Shown piece by piece: positions 47,973 to 56,243 of a DNA stretch of 64,000 bases. This stretch comes from a virus: IMG/VR virus record IMGVR_UViG_3300017783_000001; one strand, written 5' to 3'. Position 1 is the stretch's first letter. Every line of letters starts with the position of its first letter. The position numbers and the translations under genes were made by a program. A model generated the notes under the pieces. The model was not told the DNA's origin. It ran no database searches and saw only the letters and a list, made by a program, of their open reading frames with translations.

Positions 47973-48296
47973 CTATTTCTTATTTTTACTTGAACCAGTA
48001 TATAGACCAAACCAAGCTGCACCAGCACCAACAACGATACTGATTAACCCACTTTGTTCCATAGTAGGTGCCTGTAAGTCCATATACCAAATTACACATT
48101 TGTATAATAAAACAATATAAACGGTCAAAAACAATCTTGGAAATATTCTCCAAGCGTCAACTGCTCTTGCCATATGAATTATCTTTGCATATGGATTAAT
48201 ACCTAGGTCTTTGATTGAAGTATCTACTTCTAAATCAACTTGTATTTTCTGTTTAGGTTCTGCAACCTTAACTTCTTTTTTTATCTCTTCAGCCAT
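47973..48296 (-). CDS. Two-TM membrane protein (holin candidate)
   Basis: DAWRIFPR, two hydrophobic helices and a basic C-terminus. Confidence 0.55.
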   Translation of the reverse strand: MAEEIKKEVKVAEPKQKIQVDLEVDTSIKDLGINPYAKIIHMARAVDAWRIFPRLFLTVYIVLLYKCVIWYMDLQAPTMEQSGLISIVVGAGAAWFGLYTGSSKNKK

Positions 48297-48311
48297 TTTT
48301 AACTCCTACGA

Positions 48312-48767
48312 TTATTCGTAAACTTTTTTTCTAATATATGCTTGTTCGTGTCTGCCTGTAATCTCTAATATCTTCCAAGAGCCGTCTGTTTGTACTTCTA
48401 CTTTTGCGTTAACTTTATCGCAAGTCATATTAAATACACCACCTGATTTGTCTTTTTTCTCTCTATAATCTTTTTCTGCTTGTCTTTTATTCTTCAAGCA
48501 GTCCATTAAATTATCACTTGCTCTGTGGTCAATTAGTTTTCTTTCACCTGTAGCTTCATCTATTTCAAAAATACATACTGCGAATACGACACCTTCTTCA
48601 GGAGTTGATGATGAAGTTTTATGTTCTTCTGTCATCACCGTAATATGTGTATGTTTCTTTTCAATAGGACAAACTTGGTGTCCGTCATCACCACAACCTG
48701 TGCAATCAGCATATGCTGGGGCGTACATCATCAAAAATAAAAATGCTATTGTTAATAGTTTGTTCAT
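48312..48767 (-). CDS. Exported Cys-containing hypothetical protein
   Basis: Signal peptide (AYA) and six Cys. Confidence 0.6.
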   Translation of the reverse strand: MNKLLTIAFLFLMMYAPAYADCTGCGDDGHQVCPIEKKHTHITVMTEEHKTSSSTPEEGVVFAVCIFEIDEATGERKLIDHRASDNLMDCLKNKRQAEKDYREKKDKSGGVFNMTCDKVNAKVEVQTDGSWKILEITGRHEQAYIRKKVYE

Positions 48768-48774
48768 AAATCCT

Positions 48775-49080
48775 TTAGTCTAAAATTTTAAGTAATCTTA
48801 TTCCGTATTTTGCTTGTTTATCTTCTTGTAATAATGCTTTTACTAGTCTACATTCAAATATAACTCTTTCGCCACCTACTTCTCTAGCCGCTACTCTTTT
48901 AGATTTTAAGCATTGACCTATATTTTCTTTGTAAACCCATTCTATTAACTTACCGTTTAGAGTAAGTGTTAACGCAACAACTTTATCTTGTTCGTATTTC
49001 TCACCGCCAGTATATAACTTGGCTGCATACACACTAGGTACAAGTAAGACAACAAATATTATTGCTAAAATGTTTTTCAT
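48775..49080 (-). CDS. Exported hypothetical protein
   Basis: Signal peptide; CLKSKR.A...C resembles CLKNKR.A...C of the adjacent gene, so the two may be paralogues. Confidence 0.6.
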   Translation of the reverse strand: MKNILAIIFVVLLVPSVYAAKLYTGGEKYEQDKVVALTLTLNGKLIEWVYKENIGQCLKSKRVAAREVGGERVIFECRLVKALLQEDKQAKYGIRLLKILD

Positions 49081-49541
49081 TATTCCTTCTTACCGTTTCC
49101 ATTTTGATAGATAATACTTCTATTACTATCTTTTAATTTTTCTACATCTTCTCTAAGGATTTTTACATCCTCTTGTAGTCTTGTTATATTAACACCATTG
49201 TTCAACATTTTATTCATTCTCTCATCTAGTTCATCTAATTGTCCAGCAATGTGTTCAATAAGCATATATTGTTCGGAATCAGCAGGTGGTGAACCTAATT
49301 CACCTCTTGGCCACTTAATTCTAAACTCACTATTCTTATTTAATTCTGTCTCTATTCGTAATGTACTTCCTTCAAGGTCTTTTCTTAATAACTCTTCGTT
49401 AGTTTCTATACGATTTAATCTTTCTAATACTCCAAAGTATGCCCAAACACCAACTGAAACTGCTGCTATTATAGCTAACAAGTTCCTCATAGGCATACTG
49501 ATAGCAGTATTATCTGATACTCTTAATTCATCTTTGCTCAT
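49080..49541 (-). CDS. Membrane-anchored coiled-coil protein
   Basis: N-terminal TM (LLAIIAAVSVGVWAYF) followed by a coiled coil. Confidence 0.65.
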   Translation of the reverse strand: MSKDELRVSDNTAISMPMRNLLAIIAAVSVGVWAYFGVLERLNRIETNEELLRKDLEGSTLRIETELNKNSEFRIKWPRGELGSPPADSEQYMLIEHIAGQLDELDERMNKMLNNGVNITRLQEDVKILREDVEKLKDSNRSIIYQNGNGKKE

Positions 49542-49569
49542 AAATCCTTTTGTTATAACTCACCTGCTA

Positions 49570-49716
49570 TTATTTAGTACCAGGTTTGCCCATATTATCT
49601 CTTCTTGCTTTTTCTTTTTCTTCTTTAATGTGTTTAACCAGTAAAGAAACATAAACCTCTTTTTCCCAAGGAAATAGAGAATCCAATTCTGTTAGACTAT
49701 ACTTATGATGTTGCAT
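49570..49716 (-). CDS. gp51: Baseplate hub assembly protein (gp51-like); probably expressed as a frameshift extension of gp26
   Basis: Below the track cut-off. MQHHKYSLTELDSLFPWEKEVYVSLL; the frame stays open upstream (SHNNLEAYFETNFAL) back to the slippery site at 49773-49779. Confidence 0.78.
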   Translation of the reverse strand: MQHHKYSLTELDSLFPWEKEVYVSLLVKHIKEEKEKARRDNMGKPGTK

Positions 49717-49745
49717 TAATGCAAAGTTAGTCTCAAAGTACGCCT

Positions 49746-50480
49746 CTAGGTTGTTGTGGGAGAGGCAGATACGAAAAAATCAGATAGTCCTTGGAGTGTA
49801 ACCACACTCTCTTTCTTTGTTTTAGGATTTATAACCTTGACTTCGTGCCTTAACTTCGGCATTGTGTCAAAGAATTTTCTGATTAGTTTAAATTGATTGG
49901 TATTTAAATTATTGAAAAAATCAATTAGTTCAGCCTTTGTACTATCTTTCGCTTTATGCACTTGTTCCCCCTCATAGATGTAGTCAATACATTCAACAAT
50001 TGTTTTAAAAATTGCTTCTGTATTCATATCTTCATCTACGCCCAATGGAATAGTGTCAATGTTAGGATAGTTCATACTAATACCAAGATTTCTTTCTTCG
50101 TCTAATACTATCTTATTTGTGTGTTCGTCATCAACCTGTACCTCAACCTTTGTTAAGTCTACATCAACAGGTATAAGTGTAACCTTATCTTCTGGACAGA
50201 AAACTTTAAAAGACGCAATCTCACCTACTGACTTTGCACGAATATTTAAAAACAAATATTCTATGTCAAATAGTGGTAGTTTGGTTACTTCTAATTTTCC
50301 GAAAGTACAAGAGTTAATTAAATCTCTAACGGCGGCTTTCATTTGAGCGTCATTCTTCTCTTCCATCGCTAGCATTAATATCTTCTCTTCTTTGACCAGA
50401 AATGGTCTAAACTCTACTACCGTGTCTTCACTTGGTAGAGTTAACTTATATGTTGGGACTTCAATTTTTGGTAAAGCCAT
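49746..50480 (-). CDS. gp26: Baseplate hub subunit/assembly chaperone (gp26-like)
   Basis: MALPKI..PTY.L.LPS....FRPFLVKEEK.L..A.E...FD.EY.FL.IRAKSVGE...LQGLSDFF. Confidence 0.85.
   Translation of the reverse strand: MALPKIEVPTYKLTLPSEDTVVEFRPFLVKEEKILMLAMEEKNDAQMKAAVRDLINSCTFGKLEVTKLPLFDIEYLFLNIRAKSVGEIASFKVFCPEDKVTLIPVDVDLTKVEVQVDDEHTNKIVLDEERNLGISMNYPNIDTIPLGVDEDMNTEAIFKTIVECIDYIYEGEQVHKAKDSTKAELIDFFNNLNTNQFKLIRKFFDTMPKLRHEVKVINPKTKKESVVTLQGLSDFFVSASPTTT
49773..49779 (-). other. Predicted -1 ribosomal frameshift slippery site T TTT TTC
   Basis: X XXY YYZ heptamer in the gp26 frame; the -1 frame continues directly into gp51. Confidence 0.7.
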
Positions 50481-50508
50481 ATTGTTATCATCTCCTTATT
50501 ATTTACTA

Positions 50509-51468
50509 TTATATATTTAGGGGTCCGAATTTAAACGGAGGCATAACTCTTCCACCAGTAATCTTACCGATTGGAAACGACCTCTTCAAGTTATTCAGTA
50601 CACCTTCACCTGCTCTTCTCAATTCAGGTGGTAATTTACTTAAAAATCCACTATCGCCTTCTTTAACGATAGGATTATTAAATTGCGATTGACCAATCTG
50701 AAATTTGTTTTGTTGGTCTATTGCAAAGTTTAACCAGTATCTATATTTAAATTGTACCGTAAATGTCTGTACTTCATTTGAACCGGCAGCATACGATACA
50801 TCACCTACTGAAACTGGATATGCTTCCCACAATCTAACACCATATGTTGCACCGTCTCGTTCTTGTGCTCCTGGGTCAGAACCTAATTGTAATATATTAA
50901 TTGGTGCTACATACTCATCATAGTACGCATAGTTGTGAGTTATATTTGAAAAGGCAGTCTTTTGCCACAATTCAAAAAATATTCTTTCTCTCATATATTT
51001 GTCTGTGTAAAATGTCATTGATACATCAGCCATTTCATAATCATAAACAATGTGTCTTGGTGGACCATTGTGTTTTACTGATTTAGTCTTCATTGTTCTA
51101 GCAGGCATATTCACTTCTGATACAAACGCTTGTACTCTTCTTTGTAAGTTTGCTTCATTAGCGTATCTTCTTATTTCACTACCGTGTACCATACCATCAC
51201 CACCAGGTACTGCACCACCAAAATCAAAACCACCTGCCATCTTACCACCTGTTGGTAGTTCAAAGACAACATAGTATCTAGCCTTACGAGCAAAACCTTC
51301 TGATTCATTTACATAGGATTGAAATCTACCCATTGTAGTTTCAGGATTTGCACCTGCTTTTGCTCTGAACCTTGGGTCTCGGTTGATATTATCCATAGAA
51401 CGGTCTCTAGGAATACCAATTCTGATATCCATACCACCTATTCTTTTACCGCCTCGTAATATTGCCAT
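50509..51468 (-). CDS. Tail tube-like / baseplate-tube junction protein (gp54-like)
   Basis: VNMPAR...MTFY.D....R.FFE.WQ...YY.EY...L.EAYP..VG...F.V.F.YRYW. Confidence 0.7.
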   Translation of the reverse strand: MAILRGGKRIGGMDIRIGIPRDRSMDNINRDPRFRAKAGANPETTMGRFQSYVNESEGFARKARYYVVFELPTGGKMAGGFDFGGAVPGGDGMVHGSEIRRYANEANLQRRVQAFVSEVNMPARTMKTKSVKHNGPPRHIVYDYEMADVSMTFYTDKYMRERIFFELWQKTAFSNITHNYAYYDEYVAPINILQLGSDPGAQERDGATYGVRLWEAYPVSVGDVSYAAGSNEVQTFTVQFKYRYWLNFAIDQQNKFQIGQSQFNNPIVKEGDSGFLSKLPPELRRAGEGVLNNLKRSFPIGKITGGRVMPPFKFGPLNI

Positions 51469-51845
51469 TAGTTATCCTTACTTTTATAATTTTCTATCGC
51501 TGCCTTTATTGCGTCTTCAGCCAACACACTACAATGTATCTTAACTGGTGGTAACGCAAGTTCTTCAGCAATGTCTGTATTCTTAATCTCTACTGCACTA
51601 TCTAAAGTTCTACCTTTTACCCATTCTGTTAACAATGATGATGAGGCAATTGCACTACCACAACCAAATGTTTTAAAACAAGCGTCTGTAATAGTATTAT
51701 CTTTAACTTCAATCTGCAACTTCATAACATCACCACAAGCAGGTGCCCCTACTAGACCTGTACCAACATTAGGACTATCTTTGTCCATCGTGCCTACATT
51801 ACGAGGGTTTTCGTAATGGTCAATTACTTTATCTGAATAAGCCAT
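51468..51845 (-). CDS. iscU: Fe-S cluster scaffold IscU
   Basis: YSDKVIDHYENPRNVG...GAPACGDVMKLQI...FKTFGCGSAIASSS...LPPVKIHCSVLAEDAI. Confidence 0.96.
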   Translation of the reverse strand: MAYSDKVIDHYENPRNVGTMDKDSPNVGTGLVGAPACGDVMKLQIEVKDNTITDACFKTFGCGSAIASSSLLTEWVKGRTLDSAVEIKNTDIAEELALPPVKIHCSVLAEDAIKAAIENYKSKDN

Positions 51846-51859
51846 AATCTACTCCTGAT

Positions 51860-52012
51860 TTAATGTTTATCTTTCCAATGTCTACTTCTTCTCATTCCTA
51901 AATAGTGTTCACCTGGTTCATAATTCCATTTGTGTCCGTGATGTCCTCTTATATCACAATACCACATTCTTAATTTGACGATTGCAACTCGCCATAAACT
52001 TCTTCTTGCCAT
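51860..52012 (-). CDS. 50-aa basic His/Trp-rich hypothetical protein
   Basis: Below the track cut-off. MARRSLWRVAIVKLRMWYCDIRGHHGHKWNYEPGEHYLGMRRSRHWKDKH; SD TAAGGT. Confidence 0.55.
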   Translation of the reverse strand: MARRSLWRVAIVKLRMWYCDIRGHHGHKWNYEPGEHYLGMRRSRHWKDKH

Positions 52013-52049
52013 TTACCTTATTACTCTTACTCATCATAAAAGTCCTCTG

Positions 52050-52601
52050 TTATCTTGTGCTTCTACGCCAAACGGTAGTCGCTGGTTGTTTTCTAAATTG
52101 TTGTACTGGCAAGTATACTGCAACCGCAGCTTCAGACGCATTGATACGCAAAAACTGACTTCTCACATTACTATAAAGATATTTATGAAGAGTTGGTTTA
52201 ACCATAGGTATATTCTTCACACTATCATAAGATACTTGGTATTTCGTATTAGGTCTTATCATATCGCCAGACAGAAATTTATCCATTCTTGCTAGTAAGG
52301 TAAATCTCATTGCAGGTGGTAAGTAATGGAAATTCATTCCAATAAATCCTCCTGGGATTGGTTCTAATGGTAATACTAAAGGGAATGTGTCGTAATAAGG
52401 TAGTGTTTTCTTAAATTTCGGGTCATAAAAAAATAGATTTAATCGTCCTTGAGAAGGTCTACTGATTAAGTTACCTGCTCTCATTAATGCTCTTGCCTGT
52501 GTTTTGTCAGCTATACTGCCGACAGCCTTACGATACCACGCACCGGATTTTCGGGTGTTGCCTTGTTTTTGTACTAATGGGTCTAATATAGATATTGCCA
52601 T
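52050..52601 (-). CDS. gp2: DNA end protector (T4 gp2)
   Basis: FFYDPK.K..LPYYD.FPLV.......GF.G.NFHYLP...R. Confidence 0.88.
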   Translation of the reverse strand: MAISILDPLVQKQGNTRKSGAWYRKAVGSIADKTQARALMRAGNLISRPSQGRLNLFFYDPKFKKTLPYYDTFPLVLPLEPIPGGFIGMNFHYLPPAMRFTLLARMDKFLSGDMIRPNTKYQVSYDSVKNIPMVKPTLHKYLYSNVRSQFLRINASEAAVAVYLPVQQFRKQPATTVWRRSTR

Positions 52602-52609
52602 AACATCTA

Positions 52610-52617
52610 TATTTATA
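52610..52617 (-). promoter_or_regulatory. T4-type late promoter TATAAATA
   Basis: Exact motif upstream of gp2. Confidence 0.75.
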
Positions 52618-52624
52618 CGATTTG

Positions 52625-53179
52625 TTAATCGCTTTTTGGTTTAGGTATCGGTAATATAAAATCTTCTGGTGGCATTTTAAGTGTAGATTTTTTGCCATTG
52701 TAGATGTTAGCGTCTGGATTATCTTCAAGGTAATCTTTCTTCATTTCATCCCACATAGTTTTATCTGATTTTGTTCTTTCAGGTCGTGCTCTTAAACCTT
52801 TACAATGTTTTTCTACCGTTGCAAATTGTGGTGGTAGAGGTCTGTCTGCATATCTTTGACAAACTTTAAGCATTTCTAGTTCTTGTCTTAAATTTTCATT
52901 CTCTAATAATATTTTGTTTTGTTCATCACACATCTTTTTAGATACACCGAGATACTTACGAAAGGTTAATGATAATCTATTATTTTCTTGTTCATAATCA
53001 CTATCGCCATAAATGTAATCAGTATCACCTCTATCTGTTTCTATACGAACATCCACATCGCCGTATCTACAACTATTAGAATAAGAGTTTAGGTATTCAT
53101 TTCTTGCTTGTGCTGGTTTCATAAACACAGCCATAAGCGTTAATAGGGCAAGAAGTAAAAAAGTGAACCGTAAGTCCAT
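52625..53179 (-). CDS. Exported hypothetical protein
   Basis: Signal peptide (MDLRFTFLLL...AQA) and four Cys. Confidence 0.6.
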   Translation of the reverse strand: MDLRFTFLLLALLTLMAVFMKPAQARNEYLNSYSNSCRYGDVDVRIETDRGDTDYIYGDSDYEQENNRLSLTFRKYLGVSKKMCDEQNKILLENENLRQELEMLKVCQRYADRPLPPQFATVEKHCKGLRARPERTKSDKTMWDEMKKDYLEDNPDANIYNGKKSTLKMPPEDFILPIPKPKSD

Positions 53180-53195
53180 CCTCAGCACTTCCATA

Positions 53196-53510
53196 TTAGT
53201 TACCGTTCACATCACGGTTAAGGTCTTTGATGTCCCACGCCTGGTCTCTAACTTTTTCTGCTAGTTCTCTATATAGATTTTCTGCCATCTCCCAAGTACC
53301 TTCTGCTCTGGATAGACGCTGTTTTAAATCTGTATTTGAGTCCTTAACAACTTTTAAGTCTCTTTGTAAGTTAGTTAATGCTGATGAATTTGCGTTTATA
53401 GTATCTGTAAGATTAATTACATATTTGATACCTGTAAATGACCCAACTAATATTGAGGCAACGACTGGTATCATTACTATGTTCTTTTTGAGTAAATCTG
53501 TTAATTGCAT
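53196..53510 (-). CDS. Membrane-anchored coiled-coil protein
   Basis: N-terminal TM plus coiled coil; SD AAGGA; late promoter upstream. Confidence 0.6.
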   Translation of the reverse strand: MQLTDLLKKNIVMIPVVASILVGSFTGIKYVINLTDTINANSSALTNLQRDLKVVKDSNTDLKQRLSRAEGTWEMAENLYRELAEKVRDQAWDIKDLNRDVNGN

Positions 53511-53570
53511 AAGTTCCTTTTAATGCAATTCAATATGTGATGTAGAATAATGTAGTGGTTTGTTTAGAAG

Positions 53571-53578
53571 TATTTATA
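53571..53578 (-). promoter_or_regulatory. T4-type late promoter TATAAATA
   Basis: Exact motif just after the gp32 terminator. Confidence 0.7.
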
Positions 53579-53580
53579 AG

Positions 53581-53605
53581 AACAAAGGGGTCCAGAAAGG
53601 ACCCC
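53581..53605 (-). terminator. Rho-independent terminator after gp32
   Basis: GGGGTCC-TTTCT-GGACCCC followed by TTTGTT. Confidence 0.8.
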
Positions 53606-53637
53606 AATGCCATTAAAGTAATGTGGAAAGAGAGAGA

Positions 53638-54540
53638 TTATTCGTCTTCAGCGAGTTTTGAAAAGTAAGATAATGTATCATCATCTTCAACGCTAGACGC
53701 CTCATTACTTTGAACCGAAGCAGCTGCTGTTGCAGGTGCTCTACTAGTAGTAGGTGGGAGGTCTATCTCACTAGCAGTCTCGGTATTCTTTGAACCAGCA
53801 ACCACACGATTAAACTTCTCTTTAAGTTCATCATAAGATTTAAAATTTGCTGCTTCTAGGAATGGTTTAAGAGGATATTGTTTATTCCAGATACCTTTGA
53901 TGACTTCATCATCTGTAGTAATTGGACTAACAGCCTCAAATTCCGATTTATCGTAATTCCAGAAACCATCAACTTTTCTGATTTTCAGTTTAAAGTTTGC
54001 ACCTGTCCAGAAATCAAATGGGTTAATTGGTTTTTCATCTTCAAACGCTGGCTGCATTGCTTCTGTAATCTTATCAAAAATCTTTTTACCGAATTTAAAT
54101 AAGAAAACTTTGCCTTCGTTTTCAGGATGCTTAGGATCACTCACAACATAGATGTTTGAGTAGTATGATAATTTTCTTTTTCTCTTACGAGCAATTTCTT
54201 TATCACTATCTACACCTGTGTTCCATAATATAGTATTCTCTTCTGACACAGGGTCTTTCTGACCTAATGTAGTTAGAGAGTTTTCAATATACCATCCGCC
54301 AGGTCCTTGAAAAGCGTGAGACCATACTCTTGCCCACGGCATTTCTTCTTTTTGAGGTGCTGGTAAAAATCTTAACACAGCATAACCATTACCAGTTTTA
54401 TCTAGTTCAGGTTTCCACAATCTGTCGTCTTGGTATTTGTTTTTAGTTTTAGCATTGTCCTCAGGATTGAGGTTTGCTTCTATTTGTTTCGTCAATTTGT
54501 CAAAATTACTTTGACTATTTTTTAGATTTTCAAAATCCAT
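53638..54540 (-). CDS. gp32: Single-stranded DNA-binding protein (T4 gp32)
   Basis: DDRLWKPELDK.GNGYAV.RFLPA...HAFQGPGGWYIENSLTT...ANFKLKI...WNYDKSEF; acidic tail LSYFSKLAEDE. Confidence 0.96.
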   Translation of the reverse strand: MDFENLKNSQSNFDKLTKQIEANLNPEDNAKTKNKYQDDRLWKPELDKTGNGYAVLRFLPAPQKEEMPWARVWSHAFQGPGGWYIENSLTTLGQKDPVSEENTILWNTGVDSDKEIARKRKRKLSYYSNIYVVSDPKHPENEGKVFLFKFGKKIFDKITEAMQPAFEDEKPINPFDFWTGANFKLKIRKVDGFWNYDKSEFEAVSPITTDDEVIKGIWNKQYPLKPFLEAANFKSYDELKEKFNRVVAGSKNTETASEIDLPPTTSRAPATAAASVQSNEASSVEDDDTLSYFSKLAEDE

Positions 54541-54609
54541 AGTTTATTCTCCTTGTATGTATTTCGTATTTGTATTGTTGTATATTTGTATGTATAATAA
54601 TATATGTTA

Positions 54610-54759
54610 TTATTTATGCTTCTTTTTCCACTCATTATAACCTTTTGCCCAATTTTCTCTACATTGTTTAGGAAGTCTTCTTTCCCTATAACAAGTTCGT
54701 AAAGTTTCAGCAGTTTTTACAATAGTATCTAAAATACCATAAACAATTTTATCAAACAT
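54610..54759 (-). CDS. 49-aa hypothetical protein, probably leaderless
   Basis: MFDKIVYGILDTIVKTAETLRTCYRERRLPKQCRENWAKGYNEWKKKHK; the ATG sits at the predicted transcription start. Confidence 0.55.
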   Translation of the reverse strand: MFDKIVYGILDTIVKTAETLRTCYRERRLPKQCRENWAKGYNEWKKKHK

Positions 54760-54766
54760 AAGTCTC

Positions 54767-54795
54767 ATTATACACTTTCTTTATCCTTTTGTCAA
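54767..54795 (-). promoter_or_regulatory. sigma70-type promoter
   Basis: TTGACA-17-TATAAT, exact. Confidence 0.82.
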
Positions 54796-55109
54796 GCACC
54801 TGTATAGGAATTTATCATACCCATAGCAAATATCACAGCCGCAACTGCATTTAACATAATTAATGCTCTATCGTGCCATAGCATACCTACTATGAACCAA
54901 CCTACAACACCTAAAAAGTGAAATACGAGGTTCAAAGGGTGTATATTAGTTGCCGTTAGAACCATTCCAGTGAGAATAATAACACTAGAAATCCATTTAA
55001 TGTACCACGATAAATCACCTTTTGGTGTTATCTTTTTAAATACTCTGGTACTATTTAATTCTTTAATCTTATCATCAAGTTTCTTCTTGTATACTTCTGT
55101 CATACTCAA
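54792..55109 (-). CDS. Small multi-TM membrane protein
   Basis: WYIKW.S...G..GW..VG.LWHDRALI.LN; three hydrophobic helices. Confidence 0.7.
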   Translation of the reverse strand: MSMTEVYKKKLDDKIKELNSTRVFKKITPKGDLSWYIKWISSVIILTGMVLTATNIHPLNLVFHFLGVVGWFIVGMLWHDRALIMLNAVAAVIFAMGMINSYTGA

Positions 55110-55711
55110 TTAAATATCTCTTTCATAATCAGTTTTGTTTCTGTTCTATTGTACCGTAAGAACGGTGCAAATTTCTTTAGTCGTTTAGCATAGATAGGCC
55201 AAACTACTTTTTCCTCAATTTCTTTATTCCATTTTCTAGTGAATCCCAATAACTCTTCAAAGACCACAAAAGTTTCATAACATATTTGTTTAGATAGTAG
55301 AAGTTTGAAAAAGATTGGATGTTGACCTCCATTAACCACAAAAAGGTCATCAAAAGACAAGCGCTTATTATCCATATTATTCCTAATACTATTACACTCA
55401 TTCCTAAACTGATAAGTAAAACTATCTTTACGCTTCTTGTAATCAAAGTATATATCGTGGCCATCAGACTTAGCAAGATTGCCAATCCAGGCTTTATCTT
55501 GGTGTAGAAAGTTTGACACAAAGAAGTCAACTGCTTCTTCTGCGTTATATTTTTTAGAAAGTTTGTGAAAGAAGTATTTGTCATTTCGTTTTGTAAATGT
55601 TTCTAATTTGCAATTGACTTTACCTCCATATGTGATATAGTCATATGTTTCGGTAGTAAAGTGAAGTTTAATACCCAACCAAATTTTAAATACATCAAAT
55701 CCTCCATACAT
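55106..55711 (-). CDS. gp59: Helicase loader (T4 gp59)
   Basis: FDVFK..L..KLHFT...YDY..Y.GK......F.KR.D.YFF.KL; lies between gp33 and gp32. Confidence 0.88.
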   Translation of the reverse strand: MYGGFDVFKIWLGIKLHFTTETYDYITYGGKVNCKLETFTKRNDKYFFHKLSKKYNAEEAVDFFVSNFLHQDKAWIGNLAKSDGHDIYFDYKKRKDSFTYQFRNECNSIRNNMDNKRLSFDDLFVVNGGQHPIFFKLLLSKQICYETFVVFEELLGFTRKWNKEIEEKVVWPIYAKRLKKFAPFLRYNRTETKLIMKEIFN

Positions 55712-55920
55712 TATACAGGTAGTTCGCTTGTTTTAGGTAACAGATTTAACTTCTGACACTCTAAAGCAACCTTCTCTTTTAATGCTTTGTTAATTAATGG
55801 ACCGACCGTAGCTGTGTCAATCTCTCTTTCTTCGCAATAAAGAACGATAGCATCCATATAAGATGTTTTCTTCTCTTTTTTGAAGGCTTCTATTTCTAAA
55901 CTAAATTGTTTACTATTCAT
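55711..55920 (-). CDS. gp33: Late transcription co-activator (T4 gp33)
   Basis: FS.EIE......SYMDAI..YCE...ID......LI.K.LKEK...E...LN.L. Confidence 0.85.
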   Translation of the reverse strand: MNSKQFSLEIEAFKKEKKTSYMDAIVLYCEEREIDTATVGPLINKALKEKVALECQKLNLLPKTSELPV

Positions 55921-55926
55921 ATTCTC

Positions 55927-55955
55927 ACTATACTATAACTAAAGGGGTTTGTCAA
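55927..55955 (-). promoter_or_regulatory. sigma70-type promoter
   Basis: TTGACA-17-TATAGT. Confidence 0.75.
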
Positions 55956-56224
55956 GCACCAATACCAGGTTTAATTTCATATTCTTCCATAAAATCTTTT
56001 GCGTCTTCTTCAGGCATTTCAGCACAACCTATGTTGATTACCTGTGAAGTATCACCTTCTTCTCTTAATTTGTACATAAGACCACCATATAAACCATTAT
56101 GATTTTGATTAACAAAACTCATACATTCTGGTAGACTATCAAACTTATAAGCAGCGTGATGTCTAGGAAAAGTTTCTCCTTCTGCGTTCAGCAGAATTGC
56201 TACAATTAAAAATACCGTTTTCAT
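55952..56224 (-). CDS. Exported hypothetical protein
   Basis: Hydrophobic N-terminus, F.S..EC...C motif, SD AAGGAG. Confidence 0.6.
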   Translation of the reverse strand: MKTVFLIVAILLNAEGETFPRHHAAYKFDSLPECMSFVNQNHNGLYGGLMYKLREEGDTSQVINIGCAEMPEEDAKDFMEEYEIKPGIGA

Positions 56225-56243
56225 TTATCTCTCCTTTGAAAAC

